A stretch of 64,000 nucleotides of DNA from an uncultured Acidobacteriota bacterium (GTDB lineage Bacteria; Acidobacteriota; Vicinamibacteria; Vicinamibacterales; CAVVIG01), in the NCBI GenBank assembly GCA_963761615.1, contig CAVXGU010000003.1, positions 1,155,238 to 1,219,237 of the forward strand, read 5' to 3'. A program made the translations under genes and the position numbers. Positions 1 to 8,740 of this stretch are shown one piece after another. The notes beneath the pieces are model-generated. The model had not been told where the DNA came from and made no database searches. It saw nothing but the letters and a program-made list of their open reading frames with translations. Each line of letters opens with the position of its first letter. Position 1 is the stretch's first letter.

Positions 1-96
1 AGCCGGGTGCCGCGGGTCATCCAGGAGTTGCTGAAGGCGTTCGACGAAATCAAGGGGCGGTTGCGCCTGGCGCCGCCGCCCGGCCGTGTCGCATAA
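1..96 (+). CDS. 3' end of an upstream CDS (partial, unknown function)
   Basis: Frame open from window edge to TAA 94-96 (..RVPRVIQELLKAFDEIKGRLRLAPPPGRVA*); too short for a domain call. Confidence 0.3.
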   Translation, partial: SRVPRVIQELLKAFDEIKGRLRLAPPPGRVA

Positions 97-102
97 TAGC
101 GC

Positions 103-285
103 ATGCCCGAACGGCAAGTCGTCATCCGGATACCCCGTCCGCGGGTCATCTCCATCTCGCTCTCGGAAGCCGAGTGGGTCGCGTTCCTCGAACGCCATCC
201 CGAACCCGTCGACTGGCTGCGGCAGCGGATCCAGGATGAGTTGAACCGCGAGTTCGGCGGGGGCGATCGGATCCTGGACAGCTAG
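103..285 (+). CDS. small hypothetical protein (60 aa)
   Basis: ATG ORF 7 nt after the previous stop; non-repetitive sequence; no recognisable motif. Confidence 0.35.
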   Translation: MPERQVVIRIPRPRVISISLSEAEWVAFLERHPEPVDWLRQRIQDELNREFGGGDRILDS

Positions 286-1718
286 GGCGCCGGCAGCACG
301 AGCTCGAACACCGTCCGGCCCGGACGGCTCTCCACGGAAATGCGGCCGCCGTGCCGCTCGACGATCGCCTTGACGATCGACAGCCCGAGCCCACTGCCCG
401 TCGCGGCGCCGCTGCGCGACGCGTCCACCTTGTAGAACCGGTCGAAGATGTGCGGCAGGTGCTCGGGGGCGATGCCGGGACCGTCGTCCTGCACGGTGAT
501 CGCGACGCCGTCCTCGACCGGCCTCGCGGCGAGCCGGATGGCGGTGCCCTCGGGCGCATAGCGTATCGCGTTGGCGGCCAGGTTCTGCAGCGCCTGCTCG
601 AGGCGGCTCCGGTCGCCGGTCACCGTCTCCGCACGCGGCGCGATCGAGGTCTCCAGCCGGACGCCGGCCTGCGCGCAGGCGCGCTCGTGCCGGGCGGTGA
701 CGCGGTCGAAGAGCGCCGCCACCGGCACCGGCTCGGCCGACCAGCCGCCCCCGCCGCCCTCGAGGCGTGCGAGGTCCAGCAGGTCGCCGATGATGCGCTC
801 GAGGCGCGCGGTCTCGTCCCCGATGATCGACAGGTACCGCGCCCGCGTCGCCTCGTCGAGGGGCACTTCCGGCATCGTCAGGGTTTCCAGGTATCCGCGC
901 ATCGCCGTCACCGGCGTGGTGAGCTCGTGCGAGACGTCGGCCAGGAGCTGACGGCGCGTGCGGTCGGCGACGGCAAGCGCCTCGGCGCGCTCGCCGAGGT
1001 CGGCCGCCATGGCGTTGAAGGCGCTCGCGACGGCCGCGATCTCGTCGCCGCCTTTTTCAGGGGCGCGGACGGACAGGTCGCCGGTGCCGAGCCGGCGGGC
1101 GGCGTCCTCGAGCGCGCGCAGGCGTCGCCGCGCAGGCCCGAAGACGAGCACCGACGCCACGATCGCCCCCACGATGAGCACGCCGGCGGCGACGACGGAG
1201 AGAATCGGGCCGAAGCGGCCGAGCACGACGGCGAAGGGCGCTCGCGGGAGGACGCCGACGAGCGCCGTCATCTCCCCGTCGACGACGACCGGCGCGAACC
1301 CCGGCGGGCCGCCGGGACCTCCGCCGAATCCGCCGCGGCCGAAGGGCGGGCCCTGCCGTTCCCGCCGGCGCGAGAGGCGCGCCCGCGCGGCGCGCAGCAG
1401 GGGCTCGGGGACCTCGACGCCGCCGCGCGTGATGACGTCGCCGTCGCGGAGCACCACGAAGAAGGGCTGATCCTCGTTCGCGTAGCGCTCGGCCAGATAC
1501 CGCTGGATGTCGACCTGCGGATCGCTCGCGAGCGCAATGGCCAGATCAGCCGCGACGACCTGTGCGAAGCGCTCGGGCGACTCGCCGCTGGCCGTGCGCC
1601 CCGACCGCGCGACGACCCAGAGGAAGAGCACGCCCTGCACGACGAGCATCGCCGCGAGGAACGCGACGAAGCCGATGGCGATGCGCCAGTAGAGGCTGCG
1701 GTACCAGCGGGCGTGCAT
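282..1718 (-). CDS. two-component sensor histidine kinase (2 TM, periplasmic loop, HAMP, HisKA, HATPase_c)
   Basis: H-box LLADVSHELTTPVTAMRGYLETL; N/G boxes (LQNLAANAIRYAP, DDGPGI, GSGLGLSIV). Start moved to ATG 1718 (MHARWYRSLYW..) behind AGGAGA. No cognate response regulator adjacent. Confidence 0.9.
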   Translation of the reverse strand: MHARWYRSLYWRIAIGFVAFLAAMLVVQGVLFLWVVARSGRTASGESPERFAQVVAADLAIALASDPQVDIQRYLAERYANEDQPFFVVLRDGDVITRGGVEVPEPLLRAARARLSRRRERQGPPFGRGGFGGGPGGPPGFAPVVVDGEMTALVGVLPRAPFAVVLGRFGPILSVVAAGVLIVGAIVASVLVFGPARRRLRALEDAARRLGTGDLSVRAPEKGGDEIAAVASAFNAMAADLGERAEALAVADRTRRQLLADVSHELTTPVTAMRGYLETLTMPEVPLDEATRARYLSIIGDETARLERIIGDLLDLARLEGGGGGWSAEPVPVAALFDRVTARHERACAQAGVRLETSIAPRAETVTGDRSRLEQALQNLAANAIRYAPEGTAIRLAARPVEDGVAITVQDDGPGIAPEHLPHIFDRFYKVDASRSGAATGSGLGLSIVKAIVERHGGRISVESRPGRTVFELVLPAP

Positions 1719-1887
1719 GAAGGTCGTGTCTCCTGACGAGCTCCGCGTCACTCAATGTAATCCTGAACGCCGGATCTCACGGTTCGATCACGCGCTGTCA
1801 TGCTCTTTTCATACCCGCGCGTCCGCGGCCCTCGTCGGATAATGAATGTCGGAGTTCGTGTCGTGCCTGCCGCATGCAAACTGATCC

Positions 1888-2553
1888 ATGAACGCGATCA
1901 AGACTGATCGCGCGCTCGTCATCGCCGCCGCGATCCTGATCGCGGCCGTCGCGTTCTGGAGCGCGCCGAGCGGCCGCGCGCAGTCGACCCCGTCGGCGAT
2001 CGTCGGCGTCTGGGTGCTGAATTCGTCGTTGAGCGATCGGGCGCCGGCGCCTGCCGCCGGCGACGATGGCGCCGGGCGCGGCGACGATCGCGAGAGCGGC
2101 GGCGACCGCGGCGGGCGGCGCGGCCGCGGCGGGTTCGGCGGCGGCTTCGGCGGGTTCGGCGGCTCGCGCCCCGGCGCGGACCGGGGGAGCCGCACCGCCG
2201 CGATGCAGCGACGCCAGGACGCCGTCCGCGACCTGCTCAGCCCACCCGACCGCCTCACGATCGTGCAGACCGACTCGATGGTGATCATCACGGCGGGCGA
2301 CGGCCGCACGACGCGGCTCGCCCCCGACGCCTCGAAGATCAAGGATGAGAGCACGGGCGCCTCGCGGCAGACGCACTGGGACGGCGAGAAGCTGGTGAGC
2401 GAGATCAGCGGTCTCGGTCCGGGGACGATCACCGAGACCTACGCCGAGGACGGGGACCCCCGGCGGCTGACGATCACGGTCGAGATGCCGGCAGCACGGG
2501 ACAAGAAGCAGACGGTGACCGTCCGTCACGTGTACGACGCGCAGCCCGACTAG
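1888..2553 (+). CDS. secreted hypothetical protein with Gly/Phe/Arg-rich low-complexity segment
   Basis: N-terminal hydrophobic signal (ALVIAAAILIAAVAFWSAPSGRAQ); GRRGRGGFGGGFGGFGGSRPG tract; ordered C-terminal half. Confidence 0.6.
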   Translation: MNAIKTDRALVIAAAILIAAVAFWSAPSGRAQSTPSAIVGVWVLNSSLSDRAPAPAAGDDGAGRGDDRESGGDRGGRRGRGGFGGGFGGFGGSRPGADRGSRTAAMQRRQDAVRDLLSPPDRLTIVQTDSMVIITAGDGRTTRLAPDASKIKDESTGASRQTHWDGEKLVSEISGLGPGTITETYAEDGDPRRLTITVEMPAARDKKQTVTVRHVYDAQPD

Positions 2554-2825
2554 CTCCCGAGTTCCTCGTCCTCGTCTTCATCGAATCCGGTCACGACGAA
2601 GCGGATGTCGGCGTCGGCGCGCCCGATCGCACGCATGGCCGCGTCGAGGTGTGCCTGAAAGTGTCCGGTCAGATGGCGGCGGATGGCTTCGGTGGGAACC
2701 CAGACGGTGATCTGGTCGCCGGAGTCGGCCGCGTAGTAGGTGCCGCCGAACCAGCGGCGGAAGTCCTCACTGTCGATCTCGCTGCGCAGCCGCGCGAGAA
2801 TCAGCTGCCAGGGATTGTCGGCCAC
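2550..2825 (-). CDS. stand-alone DnaA N-terminal-domain-like protein with acidic tail
   Basis: WQLILARLRSEIDSEDFRRWF..ITVWVPTEAIRRHL pattern resembles DnaA domain I; ends FDEDEDEELGS; 15 nt downstream of the RRM gene on the same strand. Confidence 0.65.
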   Translation of the reverse strand: MADNPWQLILARLRSEIDSEDFRRWFGGTYYAADSGDQITVWVPTEAIRRHLTGHFQAHLDAAMRAIGRADADIRFVVTGFDEDEDEELGS

Positions 2826-2840
2826 GAGGGGTCCAGTCCG

Positions 2841-3419
2841 CTATTCCGAGCTTTCGTCGTTACCCTCGTCGGCGGGGGGCTGGCTGGTCGCGAAATCGTC
2901 GATGTCCGGCAGCGACTCGTCCACCGGTTCGTCGTCGTCGAGCGTGAAGGAGCGCCCCGTCGCCTTCAGCGGAATGGGTCCGCGCGGCCGGTCGTTGTCG
3001 CGCTTCTTGGCCTTGTTCCCCCCGCGCGACGGCTTGGCGTCGGGGCCGAAGTTGCGGTTGCGCGGAGGCGCGGGCGCCGCGGTCGGGTCGAACCGCGGGG
3101 CGCTCGAGAAGCCGCCGGGACGCGGCGTGAAGCCCCCCGGCCTCGGGCCGCTCGGTCGCGGGCCCCGATCCTCGCGCGCGCGCGCCTCGCTGACCGCCAT
3201 CGGTCGGCCATTGAAGATCTGCCCGTTGAACTGCTGAATCGCCTGTTCGGCGTGCGCACGCTCGGCGAACTCGACGAACGCGAAGCCGCGCGGGCGGCCG
3301 GTTTCTCGGTCCACCGGCAGTACGACCTGCGACGGCGGTGCGATGGCCCCGAAGTGGGACCGCAGATCGGACTCGGTGGTTCCGTACGGCAGGTTGCCAA
3401 CGAAGAGACGGACAGCCAA
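2841..3419 (-). CDS. RRM-type RNA-binding protein with RG-rich and acidic C-terminal extension
   Basis: RNP-2 LFVGNL and RNP-1 RGFAFVEF motifs; disordered tail. Confidence 0.9.
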   Translation of the reverse strand: MAVRLFVGNLPYGTTESDLRSHFGAIAPPSQVVLPVDRETGRPRGFAFVEFAERAHAEQAIQQFNGQIFNGRPMAVSEARAREDRGPRPSGPRPGGFTPRPGGFSSAPRFDPTAAPAPPRNRNFGPDAKPSRGGNKAKKRDNDRPRGPIPLKATGRSFTLDDDEPVDESLPDIDDFATSQPPADEGNDESSE

Positions 3420-3721
3420 TCAACTCTTCTCCTGGAAGCGCCCGGTCATGGGGTCGACCGAGCGGGGGCGTGAGGGGTAGGGACTACAAACACGGCTGGC
3501 AGCCGATTCAGTCGAAAAAACCTTACCTGAAGTCCCTCCATCTGGCAAGCGCCAGCTTTATCGTTGGCGGACGCGAGGGCCCGTTGAAGAACACGGCCCG
3601 CCGCGGCAGCCTGGCCGTGACCCGCATCGCCCGGCGCATCGACGACACCCGGCGCGCGGGTCGCCGACCTGGAACACGCCGTCGTGTGCGACGACAAGGG
3701 GCCGCGCGCGGGAGGGAGCCG

Positions 3722-4909
3722 GTGAGATACAATGCCGGACCGGGTCCCAATCGCGTGACGCGTCCACTCCTCGTCATCTTTCTCACGATCTTCGTCAACC
3801 TCATCGGATTCGGGATCATCATCCCGCTCCTGCCGTTCTACGCCGAGACCTTCGGCGCTTCTCCGCTGGCCATCGGGATGCTCTTCGCCGTGTACTCGCT
3901 CTGCCAGCTCGGCGCGGCCCCGGTGCTGGGCGCCCTGTCGGACCGCTACGGCCGGCGCCCGATTCTCATCTTCAGCCTGGCCGGCACCGTCGTCAGCTTC
4001 GTGATGCTGGCCGCCGCCGGCAGCCTGTGGCTCCTGTTCGTCGCCCGCATCGTCGACGGTCTCTCGGGCGGCAACATCTCGACCGCGCGGGCCTACGTGG
4101 CGGACGTGACCGAGCCCAAGGATCGCGCGCGCGCCTACGGGCTCATCGGCGCGGCCTTCGGCCTCGGGTTCATTCTCGGGCCCGCCATCAGCGGCCTGCT
4201 TTCGACCATCAGCTACGCGACGCCGATCTGGGCCGCGGCGGGACTCACGTTCGTGGCGATGCTGATGGCGTGGTTCTGGCTGCCCGAGTCGGTGCACAAG
4301 GCGCGCGCGGGTACGGGCATGCCGTTCCGCGGCTTCGGCGAGATGTTCGCGCGGCCCATGCTGCGCCGCGTGCTCATGATGGACTTCGTGTACTGGTTCT
4401 CGTTCTCGATCTTCGAGACGACGTTCGCACTGTTCGCGGCGGCGCGCTTCGGCTTCGACGCGTCGCGAACGGGCTACTTCCTGGCCGGCTTCGGCGTGCT
4501 CGGCGCCGTGATTCAGGGCGGATTCATCCGCCCGATCGTCAAGCGGTTCGGCGACAAGCGGACGTTCGACTTCGGCCTCGCCTGCGCCGCCGTCGGCCTC
4601 GTCGGGTCCACGCTGGTGCACTCGGTGCCGATGTTCGCCGTGGCCCTCGTCCCGCTGGCGTTCGGCATGGGCTTCGGACACCCGACCATGTCGAGCCTCG
4701 TGAGCCGCGCGGCGCGCGGCGACGAACAGGGCAAGGTGCAGGGGTCGGCGAGCGCCATCGAGAGCCTCAGCCGGACCATCGGGCCCGTGTGGGGCAACGC
4801 CACGCTCGAGCGCATCGGCGAGCGTACGCCGTACGTGTCCGCGGCGGTGTTCCTGGTCCTGACGCTGCTCCTGAGCCTGGGGTATAAGATTACCGACCCG
4901 GGGGCCTAG
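3722..4909 (+). CDS. MFS transporter (TetA/drug-efflux-like)
   Basis: 12-TM pattern; GALSDRYGRRPIL motif. ORF-track start 3338 rejected because its first 128 codons are Arg-rich junk; GTG 3722 is in frame. Confidence 0.85.
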   Translation: MRYNAGPGPNRVTRPLLVIFLTIFVNLIGFGIIIPLLPFYAETFGASPLAIGMLFAVYSLCQLGAAPVLGALSDRYGRRPILIFSLAGTVVSFVMLAAAGSLWLLFVARIVDGLSGGNISTARAYVADVTEPKDRARAYGLIGAAFGLGFILGPAISGLLSTISYATPIWAAAGLTFVAMLMAWFWLPESVHKARAGTGMPFRGFGEMFARPMLRRVLMMDFVYWFSFSIFETTFALFAAARFGFDASRTGYFLAGFGVLGAVIQGGFIRPIVKRFGDKRTFDFGLACAAVGLVGSTLVHSVPMFAVALVPLAFGMGFGHPTMSSLVSRAARGDEQGKVQGSASAIESLSRTIGPVWGNATLERIGERTPYVSAAVFLVLTLLLSLGYKITDPGA

Positions 4910-6848
4910 CCCGGAGGGCGCCCGCGACCGCCAGGGGGAGGAAGATCGCGAACGCCGCCCCCTGTCCGCGCTCGCTCGTCACCGTGATGTACCCGCCGCT
5001 CTGTTTCACGATGCCATACACGATCGACAGGCCGAGTCCCGTGCCCTTGCCCGATTCCTTGGTCGTGAAGAACGGCTCGAAGAGACGCGCGCGCGTCTCC
5101 TCGTCGATCCCCGCCCCGGTGTCGGCCACCACGAGCCGGGCGTAGCGGCCCGCCCGTCCCTCGGTGGCCGCTGCGGCGGCCGCGCCGGCCAGCTCGACCT
5201 CGTCCACCGTGACCGTCAGCCGGCCGCCGTGCGGCATCGCGTCCCTGGCGTTGATCACCAGGTTCAGCACGACCTGTTCGATCTGGGCCGGCACCGCGAC
5301 GACCTGAACCGGCGACGTTTGCAGGACCTCGAACTCGATCTCGGGACCGCTCAGACGGCGAAGCATCGTGCTCATGCCGCTCAGGACGTCGCCCACCTCG
5401 AAGAGGCGGGGGCTGCCCGCCTGGCGCCGGCTGAAGGCGAGCAGCTGGCGGGTGAGGCCCGCCCCTCGCTGTACCGCGCGCTCGATCTCCCGGGCTTCCT
5501 CGGCGCCGGGGTCGCCCGGCGGCAGCTGCATGAGCAGCAGATCGGCCGAACCCATGACGCTCATCAGGATGTTGTTGAAGTCGTGGGCGACCGCCGTCGC
5601 CAGGCGGCCGATGGCCTCGAGCTTCTGGGACTGGCGGAGCTGCTCTTCGAGGGCGCGCCGGTCGGTGACGTCGCGGACGAAGCCGGTTACGGCCTGCCGG
5701 CTGTCGGAGCCAATCCGCGCCACGGTCAGCTCGGCGGGAAACTGGCTGCCGTCCGCGCGCAGCCCGCGCAGCTCGAGGCGCTCGTGGGCGATCGGTCCGC
5801 CGCCGGTGGCCATGTACTCGCCGAGCGCCCCGAGGCTCGCCGCGCGGTCCGCGTCCGGGAGCAGGAGATCGAAACGCCGGCCCAGGATGTCGGTGCGTGC
5901 GCGCTGGAACATCTTCTCCGCCGCCGGATTGAACTCCCGGATGTTGAGGTTCTGATCGACGGTGATGATGGCGTCGTGCGCCGCCTCCAGAATCGCGTCC
6001 TGGCGCGCCTCGGTTTCCACGCCTGCGCCGTACACCCGGTAGGAGAGGTACAGCGGCCCGGCAGCGAGCAGGATCGTCAGCCACACCCCCGCCGTCTGGG
6101 TCACCGCGATCGCGACCGCCGCCGCGACCGCGCCGATGACGTAGCTCGCCAGGCTCGAGGCGAAGTCGCTCTTCCAGAGCGGCCAGGCCCGCTGGCCGGT
6201 CGTCAGGGCGATCGCCACCGCGATCGGCGCCGTGTTGAGCACGTAGTACGTGAGCGCCATCCCCGCCAGCGGCACGACCGCCGTCTTCGGATCGAGCGCC
6301 GCGGTGCCGCCCAGGCGCTCGTAGGCCTGTCCCGCCGCCTGCACGGTCAGCACCAGGACGGACATGTTGAACAGCGTGCGGTAGGGTGGATTCGGCGTCG
6401 GGGACTTGAACGTCGACTGGCTCCAGCTGCTCGTGGCCCCGGCAATCATCGTGGCGTGCGGGCCGTAGAGGATCAGGCAGGCGATGTCGACCACGTACGA
6501 CACCGACATGTTCGATCCGCTGGCGATGGGGAAGTGCACCTTGAAGGCCGCGGCCAGCGACGACAGCAGGACGAGGGCGGCGAAGGGCAGGATCGGCGTG
6601 AGCCGGGCCCGGGGCACCAGGAGGACGAAGGCCAGCGTCCCCAGACCGATTACCGACAGGATGTACCAGCGTCCGCGAGGCGGGAGGGCTCGCAGCAAGG
6701 CGCCCCAGTATACTCGCGAAAGTCCATCCCGGCATTGACTTACGGCCACCCGTCGGGTACCGTGGAGCCTCTTCTCGATGTCCCGCGCCGGACACCCAGA
6801 CCGTCGCGACCGTACTACGCACTCATAACCATTTCTGATATTCGGCAA
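4890..6848 (-). CDS. membrane sensor histidine kinase (multi-TM N-domain, PAS, HisKA, HATPase_c)
   Basis: PAS (AILEAAHDAIITVDQN..); H-box AVAHDFNNILMSV; G-boxes (DTGAGI, GTGLGLSIVYGIV). True start uncertain (6848 or internal). Confidence 0.85.
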   Translation of the reverse strand: MPNIRNGYECVVRSRRSGCPARDIEKRLHGTRRVAVSQCRDGLSRVYWGALLRALPPRGRWYILSVIGLGTLAFVLLVPRARLTPILPFAALVLLSSLAAAFKVHFPIASGSNMSVSYVVDIACLILYGPHATMIAGATSSWSQSTFKSPTPNPPYRTLFNMSVLVLTVQAAGQAYERLGGTAALDPKTAVVPLAGMALTYYVLNTAPIAVAIALTTGQRAWPLWKSDFASSLASYVIGAVAAAVAIAVTQTAGVWLTILLAAGPLYLSYRVYGAGVETEARQDAILEAAHDAIITVDQNLNIREFNPAAEKMFQRARTDILGRRFDLLLPDADRAASLGALGEYMATGGGPIAHERLELRGLRADGSQFPAELTVARIGSDSRQAVTGFVRDVTDRRALEEQLRQSQKLEAIGRLATAVAHDFNNILMSVMGSADLLLMQLPPGDPGAEEAREIERAVQRGAGLTRQLLAFSRRQAGSPRLFEVGDVLSGMSTMLRRLSGPEIEFEVLQTSPVQVVAVPAQIEQVVLNLVINARDAMPHGGRLTVTVDEVELAGAAAAAATEGRAGRYARLVVADTGAGIDEETRARLFEPFFTTKESGKGTGLGLSIVYGIVKQSGGYITVTSERGQGAAFAIFLPLAVAGALRARPPGR

Positions 6849-6890
6849 GGCCCGCGACGCGGCCGCGCAGTCGGCGGCGGGCAGGAGACG

Positions 6891-7571
6891 ATGCGCATGA
6901 AGTCACTGTTTGCAGTCACGGTTGCGATGCTGACCCTCGGCGGGGTGGCCTCGGCCCAGACGACACCGGCCCAGACGACGGCGCCGGCGGGCACCCTCGG
7001 GTACGCCGAGTTCGTCGGGCAGTCAGCATGGGGAAACGTGACGAACCAGTCGTACGGCGCCGAGGGGGGCGTGCAGGTGTCGGCGAACCTGGAGGCGTTC
7101 GTCGAGATGGGTTGGACCCGCGACGTCGCCAGCGACGCCACGCGGCACGCCGCAGAGCTCATCGCCGGGTTCCTGGGCGAGACCCAGGGCGAGACGACGT
7201 TCACCGCCAGGGAATCGGCGGCTTTCTTCGCTGGCGGCGTGCGGTACCCGCTGCAGCTCGAGGGCTCCCCGCTCGGTTCGCTCAAGCCGTACGTGGAGGG
7301 TGGCGCCGGCTGGGCCCACCTCACCAAGAAATCCACCTTCTCCGTCGCGGGCACCGACGTGACCAGCACCCTCGGCGATCTCGGTGTCCAGATCGGATCC
7401 GACCTCGCCGGCACCCGCAACGCGGGCTTGATGGTCCTCGGCGCGGGCGTGGTCTGGCCGGTGTGGCGCCAGGTGATCGTCGACTTCAACTACCGCTACA
7501 GCAAGATCTTCACGAGCCCCGACCGCGTCAATCTCAACCGCGCGGGCCTCGGCATCGGCATCACGTTCTAG
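6891..7571 (+). CDS. outer-membrane beta-barrel protein (porin/OmpW-like size)
   Basis: Signal peptide MRMKSLFAVTVAMLTLGGVASAQ; alternating beta pattern; C-terminal ..GLGIGITF. Only the last 226 codons of ORF 5229..7571 are credible. Confidence 0.7.
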   Translation: MRMKSLFAVTVAMLTLGGVASAQTTPAQTTAPAGTLGYAEFVGQSAWGNVTNQSYGAEGGVQVSANLEAFVEMGWTRDVASDATRHAAELIAGFLGETQGETTFTARESAAFFAGGVRYPLQLEGSPLGSLKPYVEGGAGWAHLTKKSTFSVAGTDVTSTLGDLGVQIGSDLAGTRNAGLMVLGAGVVWPVWRQVIVDFNYRYSKIFTSPDRVNLNRAGLGIGITF

Positions 7572-7646
7572 CCGGTCCCCTTCAAGGGCGATCCCCGGAA
7601 CCCTGGATTTGGTGGACGCGGGCGACCGCGGACCGCCATTTGGCTG

Positions 7647-7683
7647 TTGACGTGGTCAAACACTTGTTTTATACATATGTTTA
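7647..7683 (+). promoter_or_regulatory. candidate sigma70-type promoter with overlapping palindrome upstream of the HlyD operon
   Basis: TTGACG (7647-7652), 17-nt spacer, TATACA (7670-7675) in a locally AT-rich patch; imperfect 14-bp palindrome TATACATATGTTTA 7670-7683; ATG at 7689. Confidence 0.35.
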
Positions 7684-7688
7684 GCGCC

Positions 7689-8732
7689 ATGAAGAAGAGA
7701 ATCCTGCTTCTGCTCGTTGTCGTCGCGGCCGTTGCCGGCGGCGCCGTCTACTACCTGCATCGCACGCCGGACGACCTCGTGCTCACCGGCGTCGTCACGA
7801 CCAACGACGTGATCGTGAGCCCCCAGATCGGCGGCCAGATCGACAAGCTCCTGGTGAAGGAGGGCGACACGGTGGAGAAGGACCAGCTGCTGGCCGTCAT
7901 CGCCCCTGACGAGCTGAAGGCCGACAGCGCCTACTACGCCCAGAGCGCCCAGGGGCTCGTGGCGCAGGTGAAGGAGTCCGAGGCGGCGCTCCGGTACCAG
8001 GAGCGCCAGACCACCGACCAGATCAACCAGGCGGAGTCGACGCTCGCCTCCGTGAAGGCGCAGCAGAAGGCCGCGGCGGCCGATCTCGAGAACGCCAAGC
8101 TCAACTACGACCGGACGAAGAACCTGGCGGCGCAGGGCGTGGTTCCGGCGCAGCAGCTCGATCAGGACCGCACGGCCTACGACGCGGCACAGGCGCGCCT
8201 CGACGCGCTGCAGCGTCAGGTCGATGCGCAGACCGCCGCCGTGGCCCTCGCGCGGTCCAACGCCGAGCAGGTCTCGGTCAAACGCAGCCAGCTCGCGGCC
8301 AATCAGTACCTCCAGGCGGCCGCCGCAGCCCAGGAGAACAAGGCCGGCGTGCGGCTGGGGTACACCGAAGTCCACGCTCCGATCGGCGGCATCGTCGATG
8401 TGCGCGCGGTCCGGGCCGGCGAGGTCGTGACGGCCGGGGAGCCGATCGTCACCCTGATCAATCCCGACGATCTCTGGGTGCGGGCCGACGTCGAGGAGAC
8501 CTACATCGACCGCGTGCGCCTCGGCGATCGCATGACGGTCCGCCTGCCGTCCGGGGACGAGCGCGAGGGCACGGTGATCTTCCGCGGCGTCGACGCCTCG
8601 TTCGCCACCCAGCGCGACGTGAGCCGCACCAAGCGCGACATCAAGACTTTCGAGATCCGGCTCCGGTGCGACAACTCGGATCGCCGGCTCGCGGTGGGCA
8701 TGACGGCGTACGTCCTGCTGCCGATCAAGTAG
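7689..8732 (+). CDS. HlyD-family periplasmic adaptor / membrane fusion protein
   Basis: N-terminal TM anchor; lipoyl-like hairpin (VSPQIGGQIDKLLVKEGDTVEKDQLLAVI); long coiled coil; beta-barrel C-terminus. Confidence 0.85.
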   Translation: MKKRILLLLVVVAAVAGGAVYYLHRTPDDLVLTGVVTTNDVIVSPQIGGQIDKLLVKEGDTVEKDQLLAVIAPDELKADSAYYAQSAQGLVAQVKESEAALRYQERQTTDQINQAESTLASVKAQQKAAAADLENAKLNYDRTKNLAAQGVVPAQQLDQDRTAYDAAQARLDALQRQVDAQTAAVALARSNAEQVSVKRSQLAANQYLQAAAAAQENKAGVRLGYTEVHAPIGGIVDVRAVRAGEVVTAGEPIVTLINPDDLWVRADVEETYIDRVRLGDRMTVRLPSGDEREGTVIFRGVDASFATQRDVSRTKRDIKTFEIRLRCDNSDRRLAVGMTAYVLLPIK

Positions 8733-8740
8733 GGGCGTCG

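Noticed and set aside
351-1736. 461-aa plus-strand ORF
   Set aside because: It is antisense to the histidine kinase (H, N and G boxes present on the minus strand).
3338-3721. N-terminal 128 codons of ORF 3338..4909
   Set aside because: The sequence is Arg-rich and non-hydrophobic, and overlaps the RRM gene's 5' end (3338-3419) and its upstream region. The MFS transporter begins credibly at GTG 3722.
5229-6890. First 554 codons of ORF 5229..7571
   Set aside because: They are antisense to the PAS histidine kinase. Only the last 226 codons, from ATG 6891 with a signal peptide, look like a real OMP gene.
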